A DNA stretch of 64,000 bases from an uncultured Bifidobacterium sp. (GCA_964534995.1 CAZHSC010000007.1:2570-66569); one strand, 5' to 3'. Positions 38,777 through 48,796 are shown, counted from the stretch's first letter. Numbers and translations are program-made. Notes: generated by a model from the letters alone, not told the origin.

Positions 38777-41203
38777 ATGAAGAATCAACAACAACAAGAA
38801 TACAGTAAAAAGGAATTGTCTTTTGAAGAATTCAAATCCCTGGTACTTTCTGACTACCGGCTGGTTAATGAGAGCCGGCAGATAAGTTTACTGGGAAGGA
38901 AGGAAGTTTTAACCGGCAAGGCAAAATTCGGAATATTCGGTGATGGCAAAGAATTGGCGCAGATTGCCATGGCGAGGGTTTTTAATGATGGTGACTTCAG
39001 GTCGGGGTATTACCGGGATCAGACTTTTATGTTCGCATCCGGGTTGTTAAGCGGACAGGAATTTTTTGCCCAATTATACGCGCATCCCGACGTGGAAGCG
39101 GATCCATCTTCAGCAGGAAGATGCATGAACGGCCATTACGCCACCAGGTTGCTCCACCCTGACGGCAGTTGGAAAAACCTCACCAGGAGCAAAAATTCAT
39201 CCGCCGACATTTCGCCAACCGCCGGACAAATGCCCAGGCTGCTGGGGCTGGCTCTGGCATCCAAACTTTACAGAAACAATGCCGCTTTATCCGAACGCAT
39301 GCAGGGCTTCACCCTCAATGGAAACGAAGTGGCTTTTGGTACGATAGGAGATGCATCCACCTCAGAAGGCTTGTTTTTTGAAACCATCAATGCTGCCGGT
39401 GTATTACAGATACCCATGGCCGTTAGTGTCTGGGATGACGGCTACGGCATATCCGTACCCTCCAGGTACCAGACAACCAAACAGAATATCTCCGAAATCC
39501 TGAAGGGCTTTGAAAGGACGGAAGAAAGCGAAGGCTATGTGATCCTGACTGCGAAAGCGTGGGATTACCCGGAGTTGATTGAAACCTACGAGAAAGGAAT
39601 AAAAATATGCCGTGAACAACATGTCCCGGTACTATTCCATATCCGGGAAGTAACCCAGCCGCAGGGCCATTCCACCAGCGGTTCACATGAACGCTACAAA
39701 AGCAAAGAGCGCCTGGCATGGGAGGAAGCCTTTGACTGCATAAAGAAATTCAGGGAATGGATTCTCGAAAGCGCCATTGCCACGGATGCGGAACTTGACG
39801 ATATTGAGAATGCTGCCAGAAAATCCGCCAATGACGCGAAGAAAAGTGCCTGGGAACACCATATCGGCGCCATAAGAAAAGAGGTGAAGGAAGCCTGCTC
39901 ATTGTTCGGAGCCCTGGCATCCTCCAGTGCGAACAAAGTGTTTATTGAAATTGAATCCGGAAAATTGAATGACATCAGCGAACCGGAACGGCGCGATATC
40001 TATATCAGCGTGAAAAAGATATTGCGACTGTTAAAAAGCGAAAACGGTCCGGAGAAAACACAATTGCTGCAGTGGTTCAACCGCTTTACACAGGCAAATA
40101 TTGAACGCTACGATTCCCACTTATACAGTCAAAGCCGGTGGAATCTAAAAGATGCAAAAGTGACCTCAGTATCGTATGCTGATGATGCAGTACATGTGGA
40201 CGGCAGGGAAATTCTTCAGGCTAACTGGGATGTTCAACTGGACAGACGTCCGGAACTATTAATTTTCGGTGAGGACGTGGGCAGTATCGGTGGCGTAAAT
40301 CAAACCTATGCCGGCCTGCAATTAAAATATGGCGAGCACAGGGTGTTTGATACCGGCATCAGAGAGGCGACCATCATCGGACAGGGAATCGGACTTGCCT
40401 TGCGGGGATTCAGGCCGGTTGCCGAAATACAATATCTCGATTACCTCGCCTATGCCATTCAGGTGCTTACCGATGACCTTGCCTGTTTACAATACCGGAC
40501 AAAAGGCGGACAAAAAGCACCATTAATCATTACCACGCGCGGGCACAGACTGGAAGGTATCTGGCATTCGGGTTCGCCTATGCAGTTTATCCTCGGAGCC
40601 CTGAGAGGTATTCATATCCTGGTACCACGAAATATGACGGAGGCAGCAGGATTTTATAACACCCTGCTTGAAAGTGATGAACCTGCCCTGGTGATAGAAC
40701 CCTTAAACGGATATCGCATCAAAGAAAAAATGATGTCGAATCCCGGCGACTTTCGTTTACCCATAGGCAAGGTGGAAATACTTCAGGAAGGAAGTGATGT
40801 AACGCTGGTTACCTATGGGTCCTGTGTACGGGTCGCGCAGGAAGCTTCACATGATTTAATGCAGCTTGGCATCAGTGTTGAATTGATAGATGTCCGCAGC
40901 CTGCTCCCATTTGATCTGGATCATGATATCGCGAAATCCCTGCATAAAACCAATAAAATAGTATTCCTGGATGAAGATGTGCCGGGTGGAGCTACCGCCT
41001 ACATGCTGCAACAGGTACTCGAAGTACAGAGGGCTTTCAGATTTCTCGAAATGGATCCGCGTACACTGACCGCTAAAGAGCACAGACCGGCCTATGGATC
41101 TGATGGCGACTATTTCTCCAAGCCTTCGGCGGAAGATGTTTTTGATGTGGTGTATGAGATGATGCACCTGAATAACCCGGCCGCCTATCCGGCCATTTAC
41201 TAA
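38777..41203 (+). CDS. Fused alpha/beta E1 component of a 2-oxoacid (branched-chain alpha-keto acid-type) dehydrogenase, thiamine diphosphate-dependent
   Basis: 808 aa. The N-terminal half has the TPP-binding motif GTIGDASTSEGLFFETINAA. The C-terminal half is transketolase-pyrimidine/E1-beta-like (RVFDTGIREATIIGQGIGLA, VTLVTYGS). No E2 or E3 gene is in the window. Confidence 0.85.
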   Translation: MKNQQQQEYSKKELSFEEFKSLVLSDYRLVNESRQISLLGRKEVLTGKAKFGIFGDGKELAQIAMARVFNDGDFRSGYYRDQTFMFASGLLSGQEFFAQLYAHPDVEADPSSAGRCMNGHYATRLLHPDGSWKNLTRSKNSSADISPTAGQMPRLLGLALASKLYRNNAALSERMQGFTLNGNEVAFGTIGDASTSEGLFFETINAAGVLQIPMAVSVWDDGYGISVPSRYQTTKQNISEILKGFERTEESEGYVILTAKAWDYPELIETYEKGIKICREQHVPVLFHIREVTQPQGHSTSGSHERYKSKERLAWEEAFDCIKKFREWILESAIATDAELDDIENAARKSANDAKKSAWEHHIGAIRKEVKEACSLFGALASSSANKVFIEIESGKLNDISEPERRDIYISVKKILRLLKSENGPEKTQLLQWFNRFTQANIERYDSHLYSQSRWNLKDAKVTSVSYADDAVHVDGREILQANWDVQLDRRPELLIFGEDVGSIGGVNQTYAGLQLKYGEHRVFDTGIREATIIGQGIGLALRGFRPVAEIQYLDYLAYAIQVLTDDLACLQYRTKGGQKAPLIITTRGHRLEGIWHSGSPMQFILGALRGIHILVPRNMTEAAGFYNTLLESDEPALVIEPLNGYRIKEKMMSNPGDFRLPIGKVEILQEGSDVTLVTYGSCVRVAQEASHDLMQLGISVELIDVRSLLPFDLDHDIAKSLHKTNKIVFLDEDVPGGATAYMLQQVLEVQRAFRFLEMDPRTLTAKEHRPAYGSDGDYFSKPSAEDVFDVVYEMMHLNNPAAYPAIY

Positions 41204-41221
41204 CCTTACTGAAGTACCGTA

Positions 41222-42031
41222 ATGTCCTTCCAAAAAGTTACAGAATCAGTTTCAGACTATGATCATCTTGAAAAGATGAGCATTCCTGAAATACTGCATC
41301 ATATTAATTCCGAAGATAAAAAGGTTGCCCTGGCGGTGGAAATGGCCCTGCCCTCCGTCGAAGCGCTCGTTGCGGCTATTTTACCCCGAATGAAGAAGGG
41401 TGGCAGGTTGTTTTACATCGGCGCCGGTACCAGCGGAAGGCTGGGAATAGTGGATGCGTCTGAATGTCCACCCACCTTTGGCATTCCACAGGGTCTTGTT
41501 ATCGGAATTATCGCAGGCGGCGATCAGGCCATCAGGAAAGCCGTTGAATTTGCCGAGGACAGCACGGAACAAGGATGGCAAGACCTGAATGAATATTTAC
41601 CCGGCGAAAATGACAGCGTCATCGGTATCGCCGCCTCCGGAACCACACCTTATGTTATAGGCGCTCTACAGGCCTGTAACCGTCATGGCATCCTCACGGG
41701 AGCCATATGCTGCAATCCCGGAAGTCCACTGGCTGCCACCGCGCAATATCCCGTAGAAGTAATTTGCGGCCCTGAATTTGTTACCGGCAGCACACGTATG
41801 AAAGCGGGTACAGCCCAGAAACTTGTATTGAATATGATTTCTACATCACTGATGATTCAATTGGGTCGTGTTTCAGGAAACAAAATGGTAGATATGCAAC
41901 TAAGCAACACAAAATTAATTGACAGGGGCACTAAAATGGTGATGGATGCTACAGGCCTCGATGCAATACAGGCAAATAAATTACTAATTGAAAAAGGCAG
42001 CGTCAGAAAAGCCATCGAAGCCGCTAAATAA
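41222..42031 (+). CDS. murQ: N-acetylmuramic acid 6-phosphate etherase
   Basis: 269 aa. SIS domain with GRLFYIGAGTSGRLGIVDASECPPTFG and TGSTRMKAGTAQK. Confidence 0.92.
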   Translation: MSFQKVTESVSDYDHLEKMSIPEILHHINSEDKKVALAVEMALPSVEALVAAILPRMKKGGRLFYIGAGTSGRLGIVDASECPPTFGIPQGLVIGIIAGGDQAIRKAVEFAEDSTEQGWQDLNEYLPGENDSVIGIAASGTTPYVIGALQACNRHGILTGAICCNPGSPLAATAQYPVEVICGPEFVTGSTRMKAGTAQKLVLNMISTSLMIQLGRVSGNKMVDMQLSNTKLIDRGTKMVMDATGLDAIQANKLLIEKGSVRKAIEAAK

Positions 42032-42095
42032 GCGTTTTTTTTAAACATTTTTTCCCTTCTGCCGTATCATGTATGTAACTTCGCGGTAGTAACAT

Positions 42096-42662
42096 ATGCA
42101 GGATTTAGAACCATATTATTCCTGGCGTCATCTATACATATCCGCCGATGATGAGCTTTCCCCGTTTTACGGAAGGGAATACAGCGAATTTGAATATTCC
42201 AATACTATTTATAATTATTATATCCATCCGCAGTGGGATGAATTCGGCTCCAGTACACTTTATATGAAATTGCTATATGCCGATTATGATACAGGCTTTG
42301 CCATCATTGAATTTATCGGCGAATGGAATGACGCCATAAATAATGATATTATGGTTTTAAAAAGAGATATTGCCGATCACCTGATCAGACAGGGTATAAA
42401 TAAATTTATCCTGATTGGTGAAAACGTTTTAAATTTTCATGCATCAGATGATTGCTATTATCAGGAGTGGTTTGATGATATTGAAGACGGCTGGGTAGTT
42501 GCCTTGAATTTCAGAGACCACGTGCGTTATGAGTTTAATAAGTACTCGATAGATTATTACTTGATTTATGGAGGGGAACTCGATGATTTAAAATGGAGAA
42601 TGTATAACCCCAACCAGTTGTTTGAAAGAGTTGATAGCATTGTATGTCACAGGCTTGCCTGA
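42096..42662 (+). CDS. Hypothetical cytoplasmic protein, acidic and rich in aromatic residues
   Basis: 188 aa with no signal peptide or TM helix. It is rich in Y/W/D/E, and I recognise no family motif. Confidence 0.5.
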   Translation: MQDLEPYYSWRHLYISADDELSPFYGREYSEFEYSNTIYNYYIHPQWDEFGSSTLYMKLLYADYDTGFAIIEFIGEWNDAINNDIMVLKRDIADHLIRQGINKFILIGENVLNFHASDDCYYQEWFDDIEDGWVVALNFRDHVRYEFNKYSIDYYLIYGGELDDLKWRMYNPNQLFERVDSIVCHRLA

Positions 42663-42825
42663 ATATCTCTGCTGATCATTCCTGATTTTATATTACAGCT
42701 CGCGGATGAATTTCCGGAACATATATAAAAGCATCAGTTGCTATCCGCAAAATAAAGACACCGGTGCATCTGAAATTAACCGCTGTTCACTATTACATAC
42801 ATCCATATTTAATATCTTTACATTT

Positions 42826-43518
42826 GTGAAGAAGGAATTGTTTTTATCCTCAATTTTATTGCTCTTTGCCTGCCTGTTTTTTCTGAGCGCGGGAGAAAAA
42901 GCATCGTTAAAATTATCAAGAGGAAAAGCTTCCTATTACGGCCGGGAATTTGAAGGAAGGATAACCGCCAACGGCGAAAGATTCAGAAATGCGGACTTCA
43001 CCGCCGCACACCGGACCTTGCCATTTAATACCTATGTGAAAATAACTAACCTTAAAAACAACCTTTCCATTACCGTCAGAATCAACGACAGGGGGCCATT
43101 TATTAAAACCAGGATCATCGATATCTCGGAAGCCGCTGCAAGAAGAATTGGCAGCTATAAGCATGGCTTGGCAAGCGTCAGACTGGAAATTATGGATCTA
43201 CTGCAAAAAAACCGGGAAATTGATAGTATTTTTTCCTGTGATGACGTGTTGGATTGTCTTGGAAACCCTGAAAAGCTATCCGGATACAGTTTATCATTAT
43301 GGCGGGCAAAGGATATCATCCATATGCTCTATGTCGCCAATGAACTCTATTTACATGAAGATATTGACAAGGTATTAATAGTTGGCACCGGTGTCAATGA
43401 GTCCAGAATGTATCATCTGGTGATAACCGGATTTCCGGATAAGCATGCGGCCAGTGAAAGTATTTCCATACTCGAAAAAAAAGGTTTTATGCAAATCAGG
43501 TTTTTAAGGTTCAACTGA
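42826..43518 (+). CDS. rlpA: Septal-ring lytic transglycosylase RlpA-family lipoprotein (DPBB domain plus a SPOR-like C-terminus)
   Basis: The track ORF starts at ATG 42706. The signal/lipobox (KKELFLSSILLLFAC) begins at GTG 42826, and TTG 42838 is also possible. A TACATTTG box sits at 42819-42826. The DPBB core is GKASYYGREFEGRITANGERF...AAHRTLPFNTYVKITNL...VRINDRGPF. The start is uncertain. Confidence 0.8.
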   Translation: MKKELFLSSILLLFACLFFLSAGEKASLKLSRGKASYYGREFEGRITANGERFRNADFTAAHRTLPFNTYVKITNLKNNLSITVRINDRGPFIKTRIIDISEAAARRIGSYKHGLASVRLEIMDLLQKNREIDSIFSCDDVLDCLGNPEKLSGYSLSLWRAKDIIHMLYVANELYLHEDIDKVLIVGTGVNESRMYHLVITGFPDKHAASESISILEKKGFMQIRFLRFN

Positions 43519-43519
43519 A

Positions 43520-43975
43520 TCATGACCTTCTGAGATTTTTCAATAATTCAAGCGCCTTCCTGTCAGTAGGAAAAGTAATTTCTTCCGATGACAATTTATC
43601 AATGTCCGCCCAACGGAATCTTTCGGTTCCGTTTTCTTCAGGCAACAGGTAGTCCTCTCTGAAACGCTCACACAACTGTAGCGGAGTATCAGGCAACAGG
43701 TAATAAATGCCCACTACCTGAATATCACCGTTAAAAGCTGAAGGAGCAAAGAAATCCGTAGTATGTAGATGTACCGGCTTAAAATTTTCCGGCTCATACT
43801 GCAACTCTTCCATTAATTCACGGCGCAGACAATCCAGCGGACCTTCGCCAAACTCAAGCCCTCCTCCGGGGAACTTACGCATAAATGTATTATAATGAAA
43901 TTCCTCGGCAATCAGAATTTCATTGCGGGGTGATAAAAGCATACCATAAACCCTGATAACAAACCTCTTTTTCAT
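43520..43975 (-). CDS. NUDIX hydrolase
   Basis: 151 aa. The Nudix box is GGGLEFGEGPLDCLRRELMEELQ. Confidence 0.85.
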   Translation of the reverse strand: MKKRFVIRVYGMLLSPRNEILIAEEFHYNTFMRKFPGGGLEFGEGPLDCLRRELMEELQYEPENFKPVHLHTTDFFAPSAFNGDIQVVGIYYLLPDTPLQLCERFREDYLLPEENGTERFRWADIDKLSSEEITFPTDRKALELLKNLRRS

Positions 43976-44224
43976 AATGAATTACGGAATATCTTACATC
44001 CGCGGATACTCTAAAAGTAAAGAATAAAATTCAAAAAAAGCCTCAACACGCCCTATATATTTAGCATAATGGGCGAATCCCAGCCCGAACTTGCCAATTG
44101 TTTCAGTTTCCTTACAAAGAAATTACCGGAGAAACGTTGCCATCAGACGAAACGTATACTGTAATTAAATTATAATAATAGTTCTGACCGGAAACAAACG
44201 GGTTCTTAAATTGCATATACAAAA

Positions 44225-45100
44225 ATGAAAACACATTATTTATTATTACTTGGCCTGTTTCTGACGGCATCCTGCCAGAAAGAAGATTCACCTGAGACAG
44301 GCAGCAGCGGTAATACCAACACAATAAACACAGTGCCATCCGTCTTCACTCAAAAGGTATTACTTGAATATTTCAATGGTGCCGGGCAGCCGCAATGCCC
44401 GGATGGTTTTGTTAAGGCTGAAAATATCCAATCTGCCAATCCAGGCAAGGCGATTCCTGTAAACATACAGTACAGTGATGCCATGGAGATTGCACAGTAC
44501 ACTTCGTTGACCAATGCATTCAGCAATGGAAACCCTATGACCTTTCCCTCTGCCATGATCAACAGGATATCATCATTGAATCAGGTAATTCTTAACCGCA
44601 CACAATGGCAGAGTAATTTCGACCTGGCAAAAAATAAAACCGCGAAATGCGGTATTGCCATTGAAACATTCATTAATGGCAATATGTTAACGGTAAATGC
44701 GCACTGCGGATTCAACCAGGCGCTTTCGGGCGACTATACTCTCAGCGTATATCTGCTTGAAAATAACATAAGCGGTACCGGAGCCATGTATGATCAGCGC
44801 AATGCCTATAACGCCATCAATGGTCATCCTTATCAGGGTTTAGGAGATCCCATTGCCGGATTCGTTCATCACAATGTCCTCCGGAAAGTACTGAGTGCCC
44901 CCACCGGTGATCTCATCAGTCCGTCAGCCCTTGCACCCGGAGGAAAAGAAATTAAAACATATACCTCCTCTGTTTCCGGATATAAAATAAATGACCTGTA
45001 TGTGATAGCATTCATAACTAAAACAGGAAGTACTGCAACAAATTTTGAAATATTAAATGTTCAAAAAGTAAAAGCGGGAAGCACACAAGGCTGGGATTAA
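44225..45100 (+). CDS. Omp28-related outer-membrane lipoprotein (paralog 1)
   Basis: 291 aa. Lipoprotein signal LFLTASC. Carries the thioredoxin-fold-like N-terminal motif KVLLEYFNGAGQPQCPDG and HHNVLRKVLSAP. It has the same architecture as the next gene. Confidence 0.65.
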   Translation: MKTHYLLLLGLFLTASCQKEDSPETGSSGNTNTINTVPSVFTQKVLLEYFNGAGQPQCPDGFVKAENIQSANPGKAIPVNIQYSDAMEIAQYTSLTNAFSNGNPMTFPSAMINRISSLNQVILNRTQWQSNFDLAKNKTAKCGIAIETFINGNMLTVNAHCGFNQALSGDYTLSVYLLENNISGTGAMYDQRNAYNAINGHPYQGLGDPIAGFVHHNVLRKVLSAPTGDLISPSALAPGGKEIKTYTSSVSGYKINDLYVIAFITKTGSTATNFEILNVQKVKAGSTQGWD

Positions 45101-45170
45101 CCATTCCGCTCTTTTTTCATTTCACCGGAGGTTCAAGCATTGTAATAAGCAAGATAACATTTCAATAAAA

Positions 45171-45223
45171 GCAAAAGGGTAAACACATAATGGTGTGTTT
45201 ACCCTTTTGCTTTCATTTCTTTT
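45171..45223 (+). terminator. Strong rho-independent terminator between the two Omp28-like genes
   Basis: A perfect 17-bp stem GCAAAAGGGTAAACACA / TGTGTTTACCCTTTTGC with loop TAATGG, followed by TTTCATTTCTTTT. Confidence 0.85.
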
Positions 45224-45322
45224 CCAAAAAATGAAACCTTGTAAGATTTATTTTTTTTTCATCAATTAAGAAATTTTCAGCGGCTTAATATTGTATTGTA
45301 AATATAACGAACCAACTATATT

Positions 45323-46207
45323 ATGAAAAAACTACTAATGTATGCGGCCGCCTCAGGTTTCCTGTTTACGGCATGCCAAAAAGAAGAATCTACGGCTCCG
45401 GAATTACCTTCGGGCTCCAAAGCTGCGACCACTGTCAATGTGAGTCCTGTCCCGGCCACATTTATCAAGAAAGTGCTGGTTGAAGAGTTAACCAGCGCCA
45501 CAAACGGAGATGCGCCTCAGTCAGCTTATGACCTTGCAGGTGTTACCAGGACGAATCCAGACCGCATCATTCCGGTGAGTATGCATATCAATGATATCAT
45601 GGCCAATGTTCAGTCCAACCGCCTGCTGAGCACCTTTGCCTTCAGCCTCACCAATGTACCCTGTGCATTAATCAGCAGGTTCAGTTACGCAGGCAATTCA
45701 TGCATCCCATCTTCATTGTACAACAATGCAGTTTCTGCCAATCTGCAAAAACCAGTGGAGTGCGGCATCGCCATCAATTCCAGCATTAGCGGCCGCATTG
45801 CACAGGTTGATGTTCATACCGGTTTTGCCAATACCCTCAACAGCACTTACAAGGTACATGCTTATCTGGTGGAAGATAAAATTTCAAATGCCAACCCTGC
45901 ATTTTACCAGGCTAACTCCTACAATAACACTCCGGGAAGTCCATTCTACAATTTAGGAAATCCGATACGGAACTATACCTATCAAAATGTTGTAAGAAAA
46001 GTAATCAGTTCACCGGGTGGAGATAATGTCAACCCCATGGCACAGGTGGCCGGTGGCAGCGATGTAGTCACTTACAAACTGGATATCCCGCAAAAATATA
46101 ACAGCAACAGCAAATGGTACCTGGTGGCATTTATCACCGACAACACCAGCAATGAAGTGTTGAATGTACAATCCGCCGAATTAGGCACCCTGAAAGACTG
46201 GAATTAA
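45323..46207 (+). CDS. Omp28-related outer-membrane lipoprotein (paralog 2)
   Basis: 294 aa. Lipoprotein signal GFLFTAC. Colinear with paralog 1 (KVLVEELTSATNGDAPQS, YQNVVRKVISSP, LVAFITDNTSNEVLNVQ), but the Cys in the N-terminal motif is absent. Confidence 0.65.
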   Translation: MKKLLMYAAASGFLFTACQKEESTAPELPSGSKAATTVNVSPVPATFIKKVLVEELTSATNGDAPQSAYDLAGVTRTNPDRIIPVSMHINDIMANVQSNRLLSTFAFSLTNVPCALISRFSYAGNSCIPSSLYNNAVSANLQKPVECGIAINSSISGRIAQVDVHTGFANTLNSTYKVHAYLVEDKISNANPAFYQANSYNNTPGSPFYNLGNPIRNYTYQNVVRKVISSPGGDNVNPMAQVAGGSDVVTYKLDIPQKYNSNSKWYLVAFITDNTSNEVLNVQSAELGTLKDWN

Positions 46208-46228
46208 TCTCAAACTAATAAATCTGCC

Positions 46229-46260
46229 GAAGGGGGGACTGTAAACTACGGGCCCCCTTT
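46229..46260. terminator. Possible bidirectional hairpin between convergent genes
   Basis: Stem AAGGGGG / CCCCCTT (7 bp) with a 16-nt loop. It has T-rich flanks on the plus side. Confidence 0.4.
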
Positions 46261-46264
46261 CCAT

Positions 46265-46921
46265 TTACATATCTTGCTTCAGAGTAGTCAGCAACTCCCG
46301 GATTTCACTTAACATCATGGCAGTGGCTCCCCAAACCAAGGTATCACCAATGTAAAAACATGGGGCTTCAACTGTAATGCCACTGGCATTGCGAAAAGAA
46401 CCGGCGCGGAGATTATTGCTATCCAACAACTCATGCAGGAAAGGTGTAATCACTTTTTTCACTTCTGCCTGATTCAGGTTAAATGCCGGAACTTCTGACA
46501 TTACACCCATAAAAGGATGGACAAAAAACCTGCTTGGAGGAATATAAAGCGGGGTTAGCGCTCCCAATACGTTTATTTTATGCGGGGGAATACCTATTTC
46601 TTCAAACGTCTCCCGCAATGAAGTGCCGGCAAGGTCCTCCCCTTCTTCCTTTTTGCCGCCGGGAAATCCTATCTGGTTTGCATGTACATCGGCTCCCCCC
46701 GATCTTTCAATCAAAACTATCCTGGGTCCGCCTTTCTCTGTATCCGGTATGATTAAAGCCAACACTGCTGCCAACCTGTAGTCCTGCATTTCGGGCTTCA
46801 AATCAGGAGTTGCGAGACGGTGTGGTGGCGACATCTTCCCATGCGAATAACTACCCGGCAGTTTGCCGCTGAGCCTTTGCTTTAAAGAGTCAATAAAATT
46901 CACGTAATCTACAGTCCACAT
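46265..46921 (-). CDS. NUDIX hydrolase, CoA pyrophosphatase-like
   Basis: 218 aa. The Nudix box is GGKKEEGEDLAGTSLRETFEEIGI, preceded by the NuCoA-like stretch IVLIERSGGADVHANQIGFPGG. Confidence 0.8.
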   Translation of the reverse strand: MWTVDYVNFIDSLKQRLSGKLPGSYSHGKMSPPHRLATPDLKPEMQDYRLAAVLALIIPDTEKGGPRIVLIERSGGADVHANQIGFPGGKKEEGEDLAGTSLRETFEEIGIPPHKINVLGALTPLYIPPSRFFVHPFMGVMSEVPAFNLNQAEVKKVITPFLHELLDSNNLRAGSFRNASGITVEAPCFYIGDTLVWGATAMMLSEIRELLTTLKQDM

Positions 46922-46927
46922 ATTTAA

Positions 46928-48694
46928 TTACACCTGCAGCGAACTATTTGCCTCCTTTTGCTCACCTATTTGCTGCCTCCACATGGCATAATACAGACCT
47001 TTCATTTCTAAAAGTTCATTGTGCTGACCGGCTTCTACGATCCTTCCTTTTTCAAGAACATAAATAATATCGGCATGCATTACGGTTGATAACCTATGAG
47101 CAATTAAAATGGTAATATGATTTCTCTCCGACGAAATATTTCTAATGGTTTCGGCTATTTCTTCCTCGGTAAGCGAGTCGAGCGCGGAGGTAGCCTCATC
47201 AAACACCAGTAATGCCGGCTTGCGCAACAATGCCCTGGCGATGGACAGACGCTGTTTTTCGCCACCGGAAACTTTTACCCCCCCCTCTCCGATAATTGAA
47301 TCAAGTCCGTTGCTGGCCCTGGCCAATAATGACTTCAATGATGACTTTTGCAAAACGTCCAGGCATTCTTCATCACTGGCACCGGGAGCCACAAACTGAA
47401 GGTTCTCCCGTATACTGCCCGAAAACAACTGCGTATCCTGAGTTACCAGCCCAATCTGCGAACGCAAATCATCAAGATTTACCTGGTCTGCATTATGGTT
47501 ATTGTAAAGGATTTTTCCCATTTGTGGCAGGTAAAGACCAACGAGCAATTTAACGAGTGTTGTTTTTCCCGAACCACTGGGTCCTACAAAAGCGATGGTA
47601 TCGCCCGCTTCTACACTGAAAGAAATTGAATTTACTGCAAACGCGGAGGCTGTTTGATGCTTAAAGGATACATCCTGCAATTGAAAGGAACGTATCGGAC
47701 CAAGTTTTACCGGATTATCGGGGCGGGCTTCAGGTCTGATACTGAGAATCGACTGAAAGTTATGCAATGACACCTCGGCTTCCCTGTAAATATTGATAAT
47801 ATTACCCAACTCCTGAAGCGGACCAAAAATGAAAAATGAATAAATAAACATGGTAAAAAACTGGCCAAGGGTAATTTGCTTTGTAAAAATCAGATAAAGC
47901 ATCATAAACATGATGGCCGTACGTAATAAATTCACAAGAGTGCCCTGCACAAAACTGAGACTCCTTACATAGCGAACCTTCTTCAGTTCAAGTTTTAATA
48001 TTTTATCGGTAGTTGCATTAAGACGATTGATTTCCTGATGTGCCAAACCCAGACTTTTCACCAGTTCAATATTCCGGAGTGATTCGGTAGTGGAACCTGC
48101 CAGGGATGTTGTTTCGGCTACAATTACTTTCTGAATTTTCTTGACCTTTTTACTCAGCACAGAACTTACAAATCCAAGGATGGGTATAACACCAAAATAC
48201 ACTGGTGCAATTAACCAGTGAACGGTCACCGCATAAACCGAAACAAAAATGATGGCAACCAGAGAGGTAAACAAAATATTAATAAAAGCGCTGATGAGCC
48301 TTTCTACATCGGAGCGGACTTTTTGAATTTTCCCCAATGTTTCACCGCTTCGCTGGTCTTCAAATACCTCATACGGTAATTCGAGACTGTGGCGGATTCC
48401 ATCCGCATAGAGCCTGGCACCTACTCTTTGGGTAATTACGTTGACATAATAATCCTGAAAATTTTTTGCAATACGGCTCACAAAGGCAACCCCTACGGCT
48501 GCCAGCAGCAACAGTCCGACCCCCCTGATAAATTCTTCTCTTGTAAGTTTTTCAAACTGAGTAACATAATCATCAATAATATGATTAAAAATATAAGGAT
48601 CGAGTAATGAAAACACCTGGTTAATGGCAGCAAGTACCAAGGCAAACAGAATCAGTTTCCAATAACCACGCAGATAGCCAATGAGCAGTTTCAT
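46928..48694 (-). CDS. ABC exporter, fused permease/ATPase (MsbA/ABCB-like)
   Basis: 588 aa. The N-terminal half has six TM helices. Walker A GPSGSGKTT, signature VSGGEKQRLSIA, Walker B LLVFDEATSALD. Confidence 0.9.
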   Translation of the reverse strand: MKLLIGYLRGYWKLILFALVLAAINQVFSLLDPYIFNHIIDDYVTQFEKLTREEFIRGVGLLLLAAVGVAFVSRIAKNFQDYYVNVITQRVGARLYADGIRHSLELPYEVFEDQRSGETLGKIQKVRSDVERLISAFINILFTSLVAIIFVSVYAVTVHWLIAPVYFGVIPILGFVSSVLSKKVKKIQKVIVAETTSLAGSTTESLRNIELVKSLGLAHQEINRLNATTDKILKLELKKVRYVRSLSFVQGTLVNLLRTAIMFMMLYLIFTKQITLGQFFTMFIYSFFIFGPLQELGNIINIYREAEVSLHNFQSILSIRPEARPDNPVKLGPIRSFQLQDVSFKHQTASAFAVNSISFSVEAGDTIAFVGPSGSGKTTLVKLLVGLYLPQMGKILYNNHNADQVNLDDLRSQIGLVTQDTQLFSGSIRENLQFVAPGASDEECLDVLQKSSLKSLLARASNGLDSIIGEGGVKVSGGEKQRLSIARALLRKPALLVFDEATSALDSLTEEEIAETIRNISSERNHITILIAHRLSTVMHADIIYVLEKGRIVEAGQHNELLEMKGLYYAMWRQQIGEQKEANSSLQV

Positions 48695-48702
48695 TTATGG
48701 TG

Positions 48703-48710
48703 CAAAAATA
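48703..48710 (-). promoter_or_regulatory. Candidate -7 box (TAnnTTTG) for the ABC exporter / Nudix operon
   Basis: TATTTTTG on the minus strand ends 8 nt before the ATG at 48694, which would imply a very short leader. Confidence 0.4.
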
Positions 48711-48773
48711 AGAATTAACAAATCAATGTTACTTAGTTCTGAAAGCATCAATTCAGATTGAAATAATAAATCT

Positions 48774-48781
48774 TAGCTTTG
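48774..48781 (+). promoter_or_regulatory. Candidate -7 box (TAnnTTTG) for the 48797 gene
   Basis: TAGCTTTG overlaps the TTG start used by the ORF track, which argues for the ATG at 48797 as the real start. Confidence 0.4.
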
Positions 48782-48796
48782 AACCGTTACCCATAC

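Noticed and set aside
48715-48745. TTAACAA-atca-ATGTTAC in the divergent region between the ABC exporter and the 48797 gene, considered as another Pho box
   Set aside because: The second half-site is inverted (GTAACAT on the other strand) rather than a direct repeat. It is a single pair and is not next to phosphate genes.
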